Assembly (NCBI GenBank): GCA_949448405.1 | Contig: CASTFX010000001.1 | Location: 1 to 42,037 of the forward strand | Source: an uncultured Clostridia bacterium | GTDB taxonomy: Bacteria; Bacillota; Clostridia; TANB77; CAG-508 | Length of the DNA stretch: 42,037 bases | Direction of reading: 5' to 3' | Shown here: positions 1 through 9,027 of the stretch, in pieces | Layout: the number at the start of each line of letters is the position of its first letter | How positions within the stretch are numbered: position 1 is the stretch's first letter | The notes under the pieces: generated by a model | Seen by the model: the letters and a program-made list of their open reading frames with translations, nothing else | Database searches by the model: none | What the model was told of the DNA's origin: nothing | Program-made: the position numbers and the translations under genes

Positions 1-615
1 AGCATACAAGGATATGGAGCAGTAGCAAGAGAATTTACAAGATTTATGAATGATATTTATTTTAATTTAAGAAAGCATTGTGTAATCATATTCCACGCAG
101 TAGAAGAGAAGCAAGATGAAGATACAAAACTAAGAATCTTAGTAGAGGGAAGTACAAAAAATACAGTATGGCAAAATGTTGAACTAGGTGGATTTATCGA
201 AATGAGAGGAAACAAGAAAACAATAGGATTTGATAACTGTGAAAGATATTTTGCAAAATCAAGTTTTGGAATTAAAGGAAATCACATTATACCAGAGCTA
301 GACGGAAATATACCTAATGACTTCTTAACTAGACTATTTGAACAAGCAAATAAAAATATACAAGAAGAAAGTAAAATATTTGAAGAAGAAAGAAAACAAT
401 GTGCAGAAATAGTAAATCAATATGTAGAAATTATAAGCAATATGACAGCAGAAAATACAAACGAAGTAATGGAACAAATTAAGACAATAGACAATCACAT
501 TTTAACAAGTGAAAAGGAAATAAAAGCACATTTTGCAGACAAGATAAAAGAATTAAACCTAGTATGGAACAAAGAAACAAAACAATATGAGCTTAAACAG
601 GAGGTACATGAGTAA
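1..615 (+). CDS. AAA_24/Sak4-like recombination ATPase, C-terminal part (5' end outside the window)
   Basis: Frame 1 is open from nt 1 (SIQGYGAVAREFTRF...). The ...IIFHAVEEKQDED...LVEGSTKN... pattern resembles the C-terminal half of phage AAA_24 ATPases. It sits ahead of the nuclease and SSB genes. Confidence 0.5.
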   Translation, partial: SIQGYGAVAREFTRFMNDIYFNLRKHCVIIFHAVEEKQDEDTKLRILVEGSTKNTVWQNVELGGFIEMRGNKKTIGFDNCERYFAKSSFGIKGNHIIPELDGNIPNDFLTRLFEQANKNIQEESKIFEEERKQCAEIVNQYVEIISNMTAENTNEVMEQIKTIDNHILTSEKEIKAHFADKIKELNLVWNKETKQYELKQEVHE

Positions 616-950
616 TGAATTATGAAGAACAAATAAAACAAATACTTGAAGAAAGCAAAGAAGAAATAAAAGAACAAACAAAACAAGCGTTAAAACAAAA
701 AATAATAGATACTTTAAATTGGAAATTAAGTGATGAAATAGGAAATATTGTAAGAGAAGTTATAGATGACGAATTAAAAGATGAAATAAAAAATACTGTT
801 TTAGAAAGCAAACAGCAAATAATTGATGAAATAAAACCCGTATTTATAACCATAGGAGCAGAACTTGCTAAAAAATTGGAAAGTAAGATAACAGAAAATA
901 TTCAAAGCAGTTGGAAGTCAGACCAAATAATAAAAGATTTATTAAATTAG
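615..950 (+). CDS. hypothetical Lys/Glu-rich coiled-coil protein
   Basis: 111-aa ORF. GGAGGT lies 9 nt upstream of the ATG. The start overlaps the upstream stop (TAATG). Confidence 0.6.
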   Translation: MNYEEQIKQILEESKEEIKEQTKQALKQKIIDTLNWKLSDEIGNIVREVIDDELKDEIKNTVLESKQQIIDEIKPVFITIGAELAKKLESKITENIQSSWKSDQIIKDLLN

Positions 951-961
951 GAGGTAACGAT

Positions 962-1600
962 ATGGCTAAAACATATATTACACCTACTTTGCTTAACAGT
1001 TGGTCTTACTGTATAAAAAATGGCACACTAGAAGATTTTATAAAAGTATTAAATAAAGAAGAATTTGAGCCAAGCGAAAGCATAATAAAAGGTTATGAAT
1101 TTGAGACATATATGCAAGAAAATTACGAAGAAACAAAAAATGGAGCATATCAAGTAAAAGTTAGTAAAGAGTATGGAGATTATCTATTATATGGAAAAGT
1201 GGATTGCCTAAAAGGTGGAATAATCTACGATTACAAATACACTGAAAACTATGATGTAGGTAAATTCTTTAATAATCATCAAACACTTATGTATTTAGAA
1301 ATGGTGCCAGAAGCTAGTAAAATGGTGTATTTGATAACAAATAAGTTTGAGAAAAAGCCTATGAATGAAGTGTCAGAAAAAATGTTTATAGATTATTTGA
1401 AATTTGCAGAAAAACAGAATGGATTAAATGGAGAGATACCAATACCAGATGTAGTGATAGTAGGCGACATATTTAAAGAAGAATACACAAAAGATATGTT
1501 CCCAGAAACAATAGATAGTGTATTACATAAGTTTGAAACTTGGCTAAAAACATATAACTTATTCGATTTATATGCAGAAAAATGGAAATGTAAATATTAG
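962..1600 (+). CDS. PD-(D/E)XK-type nuclease candidate
   Basis: ATG at 962 follows GGAGGT by 7 nt. GKVDCL...IIYDYKYT fits the D...(D/E)xK nuclease core. The position next to a recombination ATPase and SSB fits the call. Confidence 0.5.
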   Translation: MAKTYITPTLLNSWSYCIKNGTLEDFIKVLNKEEFEPSESIIKGYEFETYMQENYEETKNGAYQVKVSKEYGDYLLYGKVDCLKGGIIYDYKYTENYDVGKFFNNHQTLMYLEMVPEASKMVYLITNKFEKKPMNEVSEKMFIDYLKFAEKQNGLNGEIPIPDVVIVGDIFKEEYTKDMFPETIDSVLHKFETWLKTYNLFDLYAEKWKCKY

Positions 1601-1612
1601 GAGGAAAGAATA

Positions 1613-1924
1613 ATGGAATTTATAGAAAAATTAAAAGAAGAAGTTAAGAATTATTATAGAATGGACGATTTACTAGATGAACATTATAAGGAAGAAATAT
1701 ATAAAGATATAGACTTTATTGAAACATTAAACACAGATGAACATAGATGGTACATATTAGAGGAAAATGTATATAAAGTAAAAATAAATGACGAAGATTA
1801 CTATTTTGGTATTGTAGAAGTAGGAAGTTTAAAAAGTGAAAGTATGTGTGCTTCTGATACAGGAGTAACAATGGAATTATTTGAAGTAGAGAAAATAGTA
1901 AAAGAAACTTTTAGGAGGAAATAA
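1613..1924 (+). CDS. hypothetical protein
   Basis: 103-aa ORF with a GGAGGA SD 8 nt upstream. Confidence 0.6.
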   Translation: MEFIEKLKEEVKNYYRMDDLLDEHYKEEIYKDIDFIETLNTDEHRWYILEENVYKVKINDEDYYFGIVEVGSLKSESMCASDTGVTMELFEVEKIVKETFRRK

Positions 1925-1928
1925 TTTT

Positions 1929-2114
1929 ATGAAAAGTTTATTAAAAGCAATATTAAAAGTAATTGTGTTTTTAGTAGTAATTCTTGTAGCAGACTTTCTA
2001 TTAGATTTAATAACAGGACTAGCACCTTGGATAGCACCAGTATTATTAGTGTTAGTAATTATAGCATTAATAGCATTTTATTACATAGAAGATAAATTAA
2101 AGGAGGATAAATAG
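1929..2114 (+). CDS. small membrane protein (two hydrophobic segments)
   Basis: 61-aa ORF preceded by AGGAGGA. The sequence is highly hydrophobic (LKVIVFLVVILVADF...VLLVLVIIALIAFYY). Confidence 0.6.
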   Translation: MKSLLKAILKVIVFLVVILVADFLLDLITGLAPWIAPVLLVLVIIALIAFYYIEDKLKEDK

Positions 2115-2528
2115 ATGAATAAGGTAGTATTATTGGGTCGCTTAACTGCTGACCCAGAAACTAGATATACACAAACTACAAATACAATGGTAGTAACATT
2201 TACACTTGCAGTAAATAGAAGATTTGCAAAAGAAGGAGAAAAGCAGGCAGATTTCATATACATAATAGCTTGGAGTAAAACAGCTGAATTTTGTAGCAAG
2301 TATTTTAGAAAAGGTCAGCAAGTGGGAATTATAGGAAGATTAGAACAACACGAGTGGGAAAATACAGAAGGAAAGAAACAAAGTAAGACACAGGTTGTAG
2401 CAGAAGAAGTATATTTTGCTGACAATAAAAAAATAGAACAAGCAGATACTAGTATTTTAAATAGCAAAACACCAATAAATGCAAATAATGATTTTGAAAT
2501 TACAGATAATGATGATTTACCATTTTAA
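2115..2528 (+). CDS. ssb: single-stranded DNA-binding protein
   Basis: N-terminus MNKVVLLGRLTADPETRYT is the canonical SSB OB-fold start. The C-terminus ends in the acidic tip DNDDLPF. SD is AAGGAGGA. Confidence 0.85.
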   Translation: MNKVVLLGRLTADPETRYTQTTNTMVVTFTLAVNRRFAKEGEKQADFIYIIAWSKTAEFCSKYFRKGQQVGIIGRLEQHEWENTEGKKQSKTQVVAEEVYFADNKKIEQADTSILNSKTPINANNDFEITDNDDLPF

Positions 2529-2541
2529 AAATAAAACAACA

Positions 2542-2575
2542 AGGGCTAGGCAACAAACTTAGCCCTATATTTTAC
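2542..2575 (+). terminator. candidate intrinsic terminator after ssb
   Basis: AGGGCTA / TAGCCCT stem (7 bp) followed by ATATTTTA. The U-tract is only moderate. Confidence 0.4.
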
Positions 2576-2591
2576 GAAAGGAGAAAGCAGA

Positions 2592-3300
2592 ATGGATAAA
2601 ATTAGCTTTCTAATGTATTTAGATTATGAAGAACAATTCAATTTGCTAACTGATGAACAATTAGGACAATTAATGAGGGCAATTATGAAATATGAGAAAA
2701 CTGGAGAAGTAACTCAATTAGATGGAATAGTAAAAATGGCTTTCTCTTTTATTAAACAGCAACTAGATAGAGATAACGATAAATGGCACGAAGAAAGACA
2801 AAAGAGAAGTGAAGCAGGTAAAAAAGGAATGGCAAGAAGATGGAAAAACGATAACAGTGTTATAACAGAAAATAACAAAAATAACAGTGTTAAAAATGTT
2901 ATAACACGGAATAACAAAAATAACTGATAAAGTAAATGAAATAGATAAAGTAAATGAAATAGAAATAGAAAATGATACTGAAAAAGAAATAGAAATTCTG
3001 GAAGTTTGGGAAACACAGTTTGAAAAATTTTACAAACAATATCCAAGAAAAGTCAAAAAACAAAACGTTAAGAAATGGTTTGAAAAGAATAAACCAAGTA
3101 GTGAATTGTTTAGTTCTATGATGAGTAGTTTGGAGCAATTTAGGGGGTCAAAGGATTGGTTGAAAGATAATGGTCAATATATTCCGTATCCTAGTACTTG
3201 GTTAAATCAGAAACGTTGGGAAGATGAGGACATAAATAAAGAAAATACTTCTACTGGAAATCCATTTTTTGACTTGCTTAGAGAGGAGAATATAATTTAA
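2592..3300 (+). CDS. replisome-organizer-like replication protein, frame broken at CGG 2907-2909 (+1 needed)
   Basis: The N-terminal part (2592-2927, LTDEQLGQLMRAIMKYEKTGE) and the C-terminal part (frame +1, open from 2905 to 3300, ...YPRKVKKQNVKKWF...IPYPSTWLNQKRWEDE) read as one protein. The C part has no start codon of its own. Total length is 3n+1. Confidence 0.6.
2851..2963. repeat. iteron-like direct repeats inside the replisome-organizer gene (candidate phage ori)
   Basis: ATAACAGTGTTA occurs twice (2851, 2881). AATAACAAAAATAAC occurs twice (2871, 2910). An 18-bp tandem GATAAAGTAAATGAAATA occurs twice (2926, 2944). The ATAAC core occurs about 8 times. Confidence 0.5.
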
Positions 3301-3840
3301 ATGACAAGAGAAGAAGCGATAAAAATACTAAGTATAATTAAGCTTGCATATCCTAATTTTTATAAAAACATAACTAAACAAGAAGCAGAAGATACAATAA
3401 ATCTTTATCAAGAAATGTTTCAAAATGAAGAAACAAAAATAGTTGTAATAGCAGTTAAATGTCTTATTAGTACGTTTAAGTTTCCACCTACAATTGCAGA
3501 TATTAAAGACCAGATTTATAAGCTACAATACCCAGAAACTGACAACATAATGGAGCTTTATAATATCTTGAAAAAGGCAATTGGTAATAGTATTTATAAT
3601 GCGGTTGAAGAATTTTCAAAACTTCCACCAGTCGTTCAAAAATTTGTCGGAAATCCAAAGCAATTAAGGGAATGGGCAATAGATGAGAGTTTCAGCGATG
3701 GAGTGTTGAGAGGACAATTCATTAAGCAAATAACAGTCTTGAGAGGAAGACAGAAAGAAGACAGACAGATGTTGCCAGAAGCTCAAAACATGATAAATAA
3801 AATCATAGAAAATTCAAAAGTTAAATTCTTGAATGAATAA
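3301..3840 (+). CDS. G39P-like helicase loader candidate
   Basis: N-terminus (EEAIKILSIIKLAYPNFYKNITKQEAEDTINLYQEMF) resembles SPP1 G39P-family loaders. It lies directly after the organizer gene. Confidence 0.45.
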   Translation: MTREEAIKILSIIKLAYPNFYKNITKQEAEDTINLYQEMFQNEETKIVVIAVKCLISTFKFPPTIADIKDQIYKLQYPETDNIMELYNILKKAIGNSIYNAVEEFSKLPPVVQKFVGNPKQLREWAIDESFSDGVLRGQFIKQITVLRGRQKEDRQMLPEAQNMINKIIENSKVKFLNE

Positions 3841-3851
3841 AGGAGGCAAAT

Positions 3852-4067
3852 ATGCGAGTATTAACGGTTATATGGATAGGTAATTATGGAGTAAATACAA
3901 CAGGAATAATAAAAGCTCAAGACACTACAACAGAAGAAATTAAGTATTATATGGGCATTGGGAAAGGACTAAAAGAAAATGAAGACATAAAATTGATTTT
4001 AAGAGCAGGACAAAAGTACAGCGCAGAGCAATTTAAGGGATTTTTTAAAGATTTTTTGGAGGACTAG
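3852..4067 (+). CDS. hypothetical protein
   Basis: 71-aa ORF with an AAGGAGG SD 5 nt upstream. Confidence 0.55.
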   Translation: MRVLTVIWIGNYGVNTTGIIKAQDTTTEEIKYYMGIGKGLKENEDIKLILRAGQKYSAEQFKGFFKDFLED

Positions 4068-4070
4068 ATT

Positions 4071-4424
4071 ATGAATATAGAAAATTATTTAAGTACAGAA
4101 CAATTCAAGTCAAGAAAACAATTAGCAGCTGAAACTGGAATGACTGATAGAGCGGTAAGAAAAGCTATAAGCAAACTAAAACAAACCAAACCAGTGATTT
4201 ATAACAGTCAGACTAAAGGATACAAATTAGCAAAAGACATGAAAAGCTTTAATACAGCAGAGGAAGCACAAGAAGAATGGAAGCAAGTAGAACATTGCAT
4301 TAACGATATAGAAGCTAGAAAGAAAGCTTTTAATAAGGCTGAAAGAACATACATAGCATACTTAAAAAAACTAGAAGAAGAAATCACAGTATTGAAAAAT
4401 GAAAATCATATCCCATACATATAG
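4071..4424 (+). CDS. HTH/winged-helix DNA-binding protein candidate
   Basis: SRKQLAAETGMTDRAVRKAISKL is a helix-turn-helix-like segment. SD is GGAGGA. Confidence 0.5.
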   Translation: MNIENYLSTEQFKSRKQLAAETGMTDRAVRKAISKLKQTKPVIYNSQTKGYKLAKDMKSFNTAEEAQEEWKQVEHCINDIEARKKAFNKAERTYIAYLKKLEEEITVLKNENHIPYI

Positions 4425-4683
4425 CGAAGTAAAAATGAAAGAAGCAGAAATAGAGATAAATATTAACAAAATTAAAATTCCAAGAATAGTTAAGGTAAAA
4501 GATACTAAGCTAACAAACTTAGTTGAATATAGATTTAAAGAGAAACTTAAAAACGGTTTGCTATTATATGAAAATGTTAAGACAGGCTGTAAACAATGCT
4601 TTAGACTACATGATTTTGCAAAATCTAAAAAAGGCTATCAGAAGAAGGGATATAAGACAGGAGAAATAAGAGAATGTCATTAA
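4399..4683 (+). CDS. hypothetical protein (start uncertain, 4399 or 4435)
   Basis: ORF with two in-frame ATGs and a weak SD. Confidence 0.4.
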   Translation: MKIISHTYSEVKMKEAEIEININKIKIPRIVKVKDTKLTNLVEYRFKEKLKNGLLLYENVKTGCKQCFRLHDFAKSKKGYQKKGYKTGEIRECH

Positions 4684-4841
4684 CAGGAATATGCAAGAAA
4701 GCACTAGAAAATAATTTGTGCTTAGGTTGTAATAAGCTTGAAAACCCATTATTTATAGGACAAGCTAAGTGTGAATATGTAGATAACCCAATAAATAAAA
4801 TAAAAACAATTTTAGGAGTACAGGAGAAACTAGATTTATGA
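4674..4841 (+). CDS. small Cys-containing protein (55 aa, below the ORF-track cutoff)
   Basis: ATG at 4674 overlaps the upstream stop and TGA at 4839-4841 overlaps the methylase ATG (ATGA). Sequence is MSLTGICKKALENNLCLGCNKLENP.... Confidence 0.35.
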   Translation: MSLTGICKKALENNLCLGCNKLENPLFIGQAKCEYVDNPINKIKTILGVQEKLDL

Positions 4842-5587
4842 AATTTGAAGATATGTTAAATACAATAACACTAGGAAATAGTTACGAATTAATCAAAGAA
4901 ATACCAGACAATAGTATAGATTTAATATATGTAGATATTCCATATTTAATAGACAACTTTGGAGGAGGAACAAGCGAACTAGCTAGGAGAATAACAAAGC
5001 TTAATAAAGAGGATATCGGTTTTATTTCAAAAGGAATAAATTATAGCATATTAGACGATTTTATAAGAGTTTTGAAAAAAGTAAACATATTTATCTGGTG
5101 CAATAAAAATCAAATATTAGACATAATGAACTATTTTAGAGAATATTACTGCGATATTCTAGTATGGTGTAAAACAAACCCAATTCCAAACTGTAATAAT
5201 AACTGGATAAGCAATATAGAATATTGCCTATATTTTAGAGAGAACACAGTAAAGCTAAACGATGGATATGAATTAAAAAGTAAATGGTTTTTAAGTTCAA
5301 CCAACAAAGAGGATAAACAAAAGTATAAGCATCCAACAATAAAGCCATTAGAACTTGTAAAAAGGCACATAGCACACACTACAAAAAAAAGAGAGGTAAT
5401 ATTGGATTGTTTTAGTGGAAGCGGCACAACATGCGTAGCTGCTAAAGAATTAGGAAGACAATTCATTGGAATAGAAATTGCTCCAGAATATCACAAGATA
5501 AGCTTAGACAGACTAAACGGAATATTAGCAAACGGACAAATAAGCCTAGACACTATAATGGAGGTAAAAAATGATAAAAAGGTGTAG
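4838..5587 (+). CDS. DNA methyltransferase, N6-adenine/N4-cytosine class (beta-type motif order)
   Basis: Catalytic D-I-P-Y (DLIYVDIPY) lies near the N-terminus. The SAM motif FSGSGTT lies near the C-terminus, preceded by HPTIKPLEL. Confidence 0.85.
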   Translation: MKFEDMLNTITLGNSYELIKEIPDNSIDLIYVDIPYLIDNFGGGTSELARRITKLNKEDIGFISKGINYSILDDFIRVLKKVNIFIWCNKNQILDIMNYFREYYCDILVWCKTNPIPNCNNNWISNIEYCLYFRENTVKLNDGYELKSKWFLSSTNKEDKQKYKHPTIKPLELVKRHIAHTTKKREVILDCFSGSGTTCVAAKELGRQFIGIEIAPEYHKISLDRLNGILANGQISLDTIMEVKNDKKV

Positions 5588-5741
5588 CGAATGTAGATAC
5601 TTTAGAATATTTTATGTAAGAGACAATAAGGTTTACATTGCAACAATATACGGTTTATGTAGAAAAAGAAAAAGAACTTGTTCAAATAATTATTATTGTA
5701 ATAACCATAAAGATAAAGAAGAGGCAAAAAATGAAACATAA
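5571..5741 (+). CDS. small Cys-rich protein (56 aa)
   Basis: GGAGGT lies 5 nt before the ATG. Sequence is MIKRCSECRYF...LCRKRKRTCSNNYYC. It overlaps both neighbouring genes. Confidence 0.4.
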   Translation: MIKRCSECRYFRIFYVRDNKVYIATIYGLCRKRKRTCSNNYYCNNHKDKEEAKNET

Positions 5742-6096
5742 ATTTATTATTCATAGAAGATTACCAAGCTTAAATGACTATATACACAAAATAAATCGAA
5801 ATAGGTATACAGGAAATAAGTTTAAGCAGGATATACAAAACGAGATATGCTGGGAGATTAAAACACAGCTAAGAGGACTAAAGATAGACAAGCCTATAAT
5901 ATTACATATCACATACATTGAAGAAAACAAAAGACGAGATATAGATAATGTATATAGCGCAGTAAAATATATACAAGATGCATTAGTAGCAATGCAAGTA
6001 ATTAAAAATGATACAGCTAAGTGGATAGTAGACGTTAAACCTAAAATAGAATATGCAAAAGAAAGCAAAGTAATTGTAGAATTGGAGGAAATATAA
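5731..6096 (+). CDS. rusA: RusA-family Holliday junction resolvase
   Basis: LPSLNDY...RRDIDNVYSAVKYIQDALVAMQVIKND matches the RusA D-x-D-N ... D-x-L pattern. Size is about 121 aa. Confidence 0.6.
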   Translation: MKHKFIIHRRLPSLNDYIHKINRNRYTGNKFKQDIQNEICWEIKTQLRGLKIDKPIILHITYIEENKRRDIDNVYSAVKYIQDALVAMQVIKNDTAKWIVDVKPKIEYAKESKVIVELEEI

Positions 6097-6330
6097 ATGT
6101 CAGAAATAGACGAATATGTAAAAAAGAATATGCAAGTAATTGCTAAAAAAGTAGATAATGAATTACCAGAAGGATATGGTTTCGTAGTATTAGCATTTAA
6201 TTTTGAAGAAGGAAAAAATAAAGAGCTGATGTATGTATCAAATGCTAATAGAAAGGACATTGCAAAAGCAATGAAAGAGTGGATAGAAAAGACGAAAAAT
6301 AGTTTTGGCAATGATACAGGTAAATATTAA
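6097..6330 (+). CDS. hypothetical protein
   Basis: 77-aa ORF with a GGAGGA SD. Confidence 0.6.
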   Translation: MSEIDEYVKKNMQVIAKKVDNELPEGYGFVVLAFNFEEGKNKELMYVSNANRKDIAKAMKEWIEKTKNSFGNDTGKY

Positions 6331-6387
6331 TACAAAAAGAAACTCAAAAAATTCCTGTATCAATAAAAGCATGAAAGGAGATTCAAT

Positions 6388-6771
6388 ATGTCAGATAAAA
6401 TAGAAGTAGAAGAATATATAAGGACTACAAGAGGAGAAATTGATAAAGTAATAATTGAATATAACGGAAAATGTAATAATCCTAATTGTAGTTACAAACA
6501 TGTAAGTTGCTAAAATAATTATTACAATGAAGAAGATATAACAAAACACAGCAAAAACATAATAGACTTAGTTGATATAAGAGATATATTAAAAATTAAA
6601 ATACAATTTATACCATACGAAAAACCATATTTTGTATTATTTGAAGTGAAAAATAAAGTTGGAATTGAATGGAGAGATTTGCTAGAACAAATAGAAATGT
6701 GTCACAAGCAAATTGTACAGATACTAACACACGAGAAATACAACCAAAATTGCTATGAAGTGGAGAGATAG
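6388..6771 (+). pseudogene. ORF interrupted by an in-frame TAA at 6511-6513
   Basis: ATG at 6388 has an AAAGGAG SD and gives a 41-codon ORF. The same frame stays open for 85 more codons to TAG 6769-6771, and that stretch has no start codon until near its end. Confidence 0.4.
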
Positions 6772-6775
6772 AGAA

Positions 6776-6991
6776 ATGGAAAAAGTAACTTTAGAAGATT
6801 ACGTGTTAACAAATATAAATCTAAAGGGATATTTCACTATAAGATTGACCGATAATAAAGAATATATAGTTTACAAAGGGAAAAATGGTAAAGACTATAT
6901 AGTTAAAGACAATAAAGAGATACCATTAAGTAAGGAAGTGAAAAACATACACTTAGGAGAAGTCAGAGTATATCAAAATGAAGGAATATAA
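6776..6991 (+). CDS. hypothetical protein
   Basis: ATG at 6776 lies 8 nt after GGAGAG. Confidence 0.55.
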   Translation: MEKVTLEDYVLTNINLKGYFTIRLTDNKEYIVYKGKNGKDYIVKDNKEIPLSKEVKNIHLGEVRVYQNEGI

Positions 6992-7002
6992 GGAAAAATA
7001 AA

Positions 7003-7245
7003 ATGAGAAAAAAAGATAGTGTAGATTTTGAGAAATTTAAAAAATACGGATTTAAATATGGAACTAGAGATAGATTTATATATAAAACAAAGCAAAACGG
7101 AAGTGAAGCAATAATATATATAGACCTACTACCGTTTCATAACGAAAACAACAAAATTAAAATAGCGTGCGAAAGTTACTCAGTACCCACAAAGATAGTT
7201 GATAAATTATATGATTTAACTAAAGCAGGATTAGTAGAAAAATAG
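7003..7245 (+). CDS. hypothetical protein
   Basis: 80-aa ORF. Confidence 0.55.
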   Translation: MRKKDSVDFEKFKKYGFKYGTRDRFIYKTKQNGSEAIIYIDLLPFHNENNKIKIACESYSVPTKIVDKLYDLTKAGLVEK

Positions 7246-7256
7246 GAGTGAAAACA

Positions 7257-7796
7257 ATGAAAGAATATAAACCAGGAGATTACTACGAATTTGATAGTAA
7301 CGAAAAAACAATAGTAAGTAGAGTAGATAAGAACGGATATGAAGACCAATATTTCCATAAGGAAGAAGTTAAATTCAAAGTATTATATAAAGATTTAGAA
7401 GCAAAGAAAATGCTAGTAATTGCAGACAAGCCTACAGAACAAGAACTAACGCTACGAGGCAAGGCAGGATATGACAATGGAGTAGAAGAACTACATAGAA
7501 TATGTAGAGAGATAACAGGCATAGAAGAAGCGAGAAGCTTGACGAGAGAGGACATTGAGAAATCGAGATACTGGGAAGATGAAAGTGGAGTAAAGGCTAA
7601 GTTAATATTCGGGGATAATGATAACTATTACAATTGGATAGCAACACAGACGGAAGGATACTGGAGCGAGTGCAAATTTTTCAGGATGTTCTTTGTGGGC
7701 AGCGGTCGCGTGAGCGCCGACAGTTTGTATCGCTCTAACGGCAGCGCTAGCAGCAGTAGCTATGCGGTGCGCCCTGTAATAGAGGTAGATATATAA
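7257..7796 (+). CDS. protein with a DUF1566/C-type-lectin-like C-terminus (...YWSE...YAVRPV)
   Basis: ATG at 7257 follows GGAGTG. The C-terminal 27 codons lie in a GC-rich, A-poor patch with foreign codon usage. Confidence 0.5.
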   Translation: MKEYKPGDYYEFDSNEKTIVSRVDKNGYEDQYFHKEEVKFKVLYKDLEAKKMLVIADKPTEQELTLRGKAGYDNGVEELHRICREITGIEEARSLTREDIEKSRYWEDESGVKAKLIFGDNDNYYNWIATQTEGYWSECKFFRMFFVGSGRVSADSLYRSNGSASSSSYAVRPVIEVDI

Positions 7797-7812
7797 AACT
7801 AAGGAGGTACTT

Positions 7813-8154
7813 ATGACGAATATTGTAGATACAATAAAAAAAAGAATAAATGATATGCGAATGATTAAACAACAAGAGGCTCAATACGTTTATATAACAG
7901 AAAAAGAAGCTGAACAATTAGGCAATATAAAAACAATAGACGAAGTAAATATAATTGTAGAAGGTAGAGACACATTAAGACCTGATTGTTTTGCATATTT
8001 GAATAGAAGGTGTTATTCCTTAAACAAATTAGAATGTAAAAATAAAAAATGCAAATTTTATAAAAATAAAGAAGAATTAACAATAGAAGAAATTGAAAAT
8101 GAAATAAAAATATATGAAGAAGGAAAATTTATTAAAGGAGTAGCGTTAAGATGA
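7813..8154 (+). CDS. hypothetical Cys-rich protein
   Basis: AAGGAGGT SD. Sequence contains CFAYLNRRCYSLNKLECKNKKC. Confidence 0.55.
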   Translation: MTNIVDTIKKRINDMRMIKQQEAQYVYITEKEAEQLGNIKTIDEVNIIVEGRDTLRPDCFAYLNRRCYSLNKLECKNKKCKFYKNKEELTIEEIENEIKIYEEGKFIKGVALR

Positions 8155-8549
8155 GTATAAATATAGGGAATGAAGTAAGTAAATTAAAAATTTATAAAGA
8201 TGAGCAAGGTAAATATAAAACATACATAAAAAGTACAACAACAAATGAAAACGGCAAAAAAGAAGATACATATATGAGTAAGAAAGTTATGTTTAGAAAA
8301 GGTGTAGAACTAAAAAATAAAAGCGTAATTGAAGTAACAAAAGGCTGGTTATCGCCTTATAAAATAAAAACAGATGAACTAAACGAAAATGGAAAACCTA
8401 AATATAAATACTTTGACAAGATATTTGTAAGTGAATTTAATTTATTAAAAGAAGGTACAGACGAAGTGCAAAAGACAAAACAACCAAAGCAAGAGCCACA
8501 AGATAGTTTTGCATTTGATATAGGACAAGATATGGAATTACCATTTTAG
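8151..8549 (+). CDS. protein with an SSB-like acidic C-terminal tip (DMELPF)
   Basis: 132-aa Lys-rich ORF ending ...FAFDIGQDMELPF, which parallels the SSB tip DDLPF at 2511-2528. Confidence 0.5.
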   Translation: MSINIGNEVSKLKIYKDEQGKYKTYIKSTTTNENGKKEDTYMSKKVMFRKGVELKNKSVIEVTKGWLSPYKIKTDELNENGKPKYKYFDKIFVSEFNLLKEGTDEVQKTKQPKQEPQDSFAFDIGQDMELPF

Positions 8550-8560
8550 GAGGGAGAAAT

Positions 8561-8989
8561 ATGAGTTATAGAATGTATATAAATGATTATCAATGCTTAG
8601 GAAATAATGAATGTCCTGAAGTATTGCTAAATGAGTTAAAAAGACAAGGGTGTAAACCTGATGCAGATAACTGTTTTGAAAATTTTGAAATAAAAGAATT
8701 ACAACCAATTATAGAAGCATTAGAAAAATATATTATAGACACAAATAATTATTTTTTTAATAGAAAATATAAACCAAGCAGTATTGCAGATTTTAGTAAT
8801 GTTTTTGAAGAAAGCAAAAAAGGTAATGGACTGACATGGAAAATAGAAGAATATTTAGAATGCGGGTACTTATTTATAACAGTCAATTTTCTAAAAGCAA
8901 TTAAAGATGATTATGAAGAAGATTATTCAAAAGATAGAATAACTTACAAAATAAAAGAAGGACATCATATTTATATGAGTGGTTATTAA
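8561..8989 (+). CDS. hypothetical protein
   Basis: 142-aa ORF with a GGAGGGAG SD. Confidence 0.55.
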   Translation: MSYRMYINDYQCLGNNECPEVLLNELKRQGCKPDADNCFENFEIKELQPIIEALEKYIIDTNNYFFNRKYKPSSIADFSNVFEESKKGNGLTWKIEEYLECGYLFITVNFLKAIKDDYEEDYSKDRITYKIKEGHHIYMSGY

Positions 8990-9027
8990 AGAACTAGCCA
9001 TAGCTAAAATAAGAAAGAGGTAGGAAG

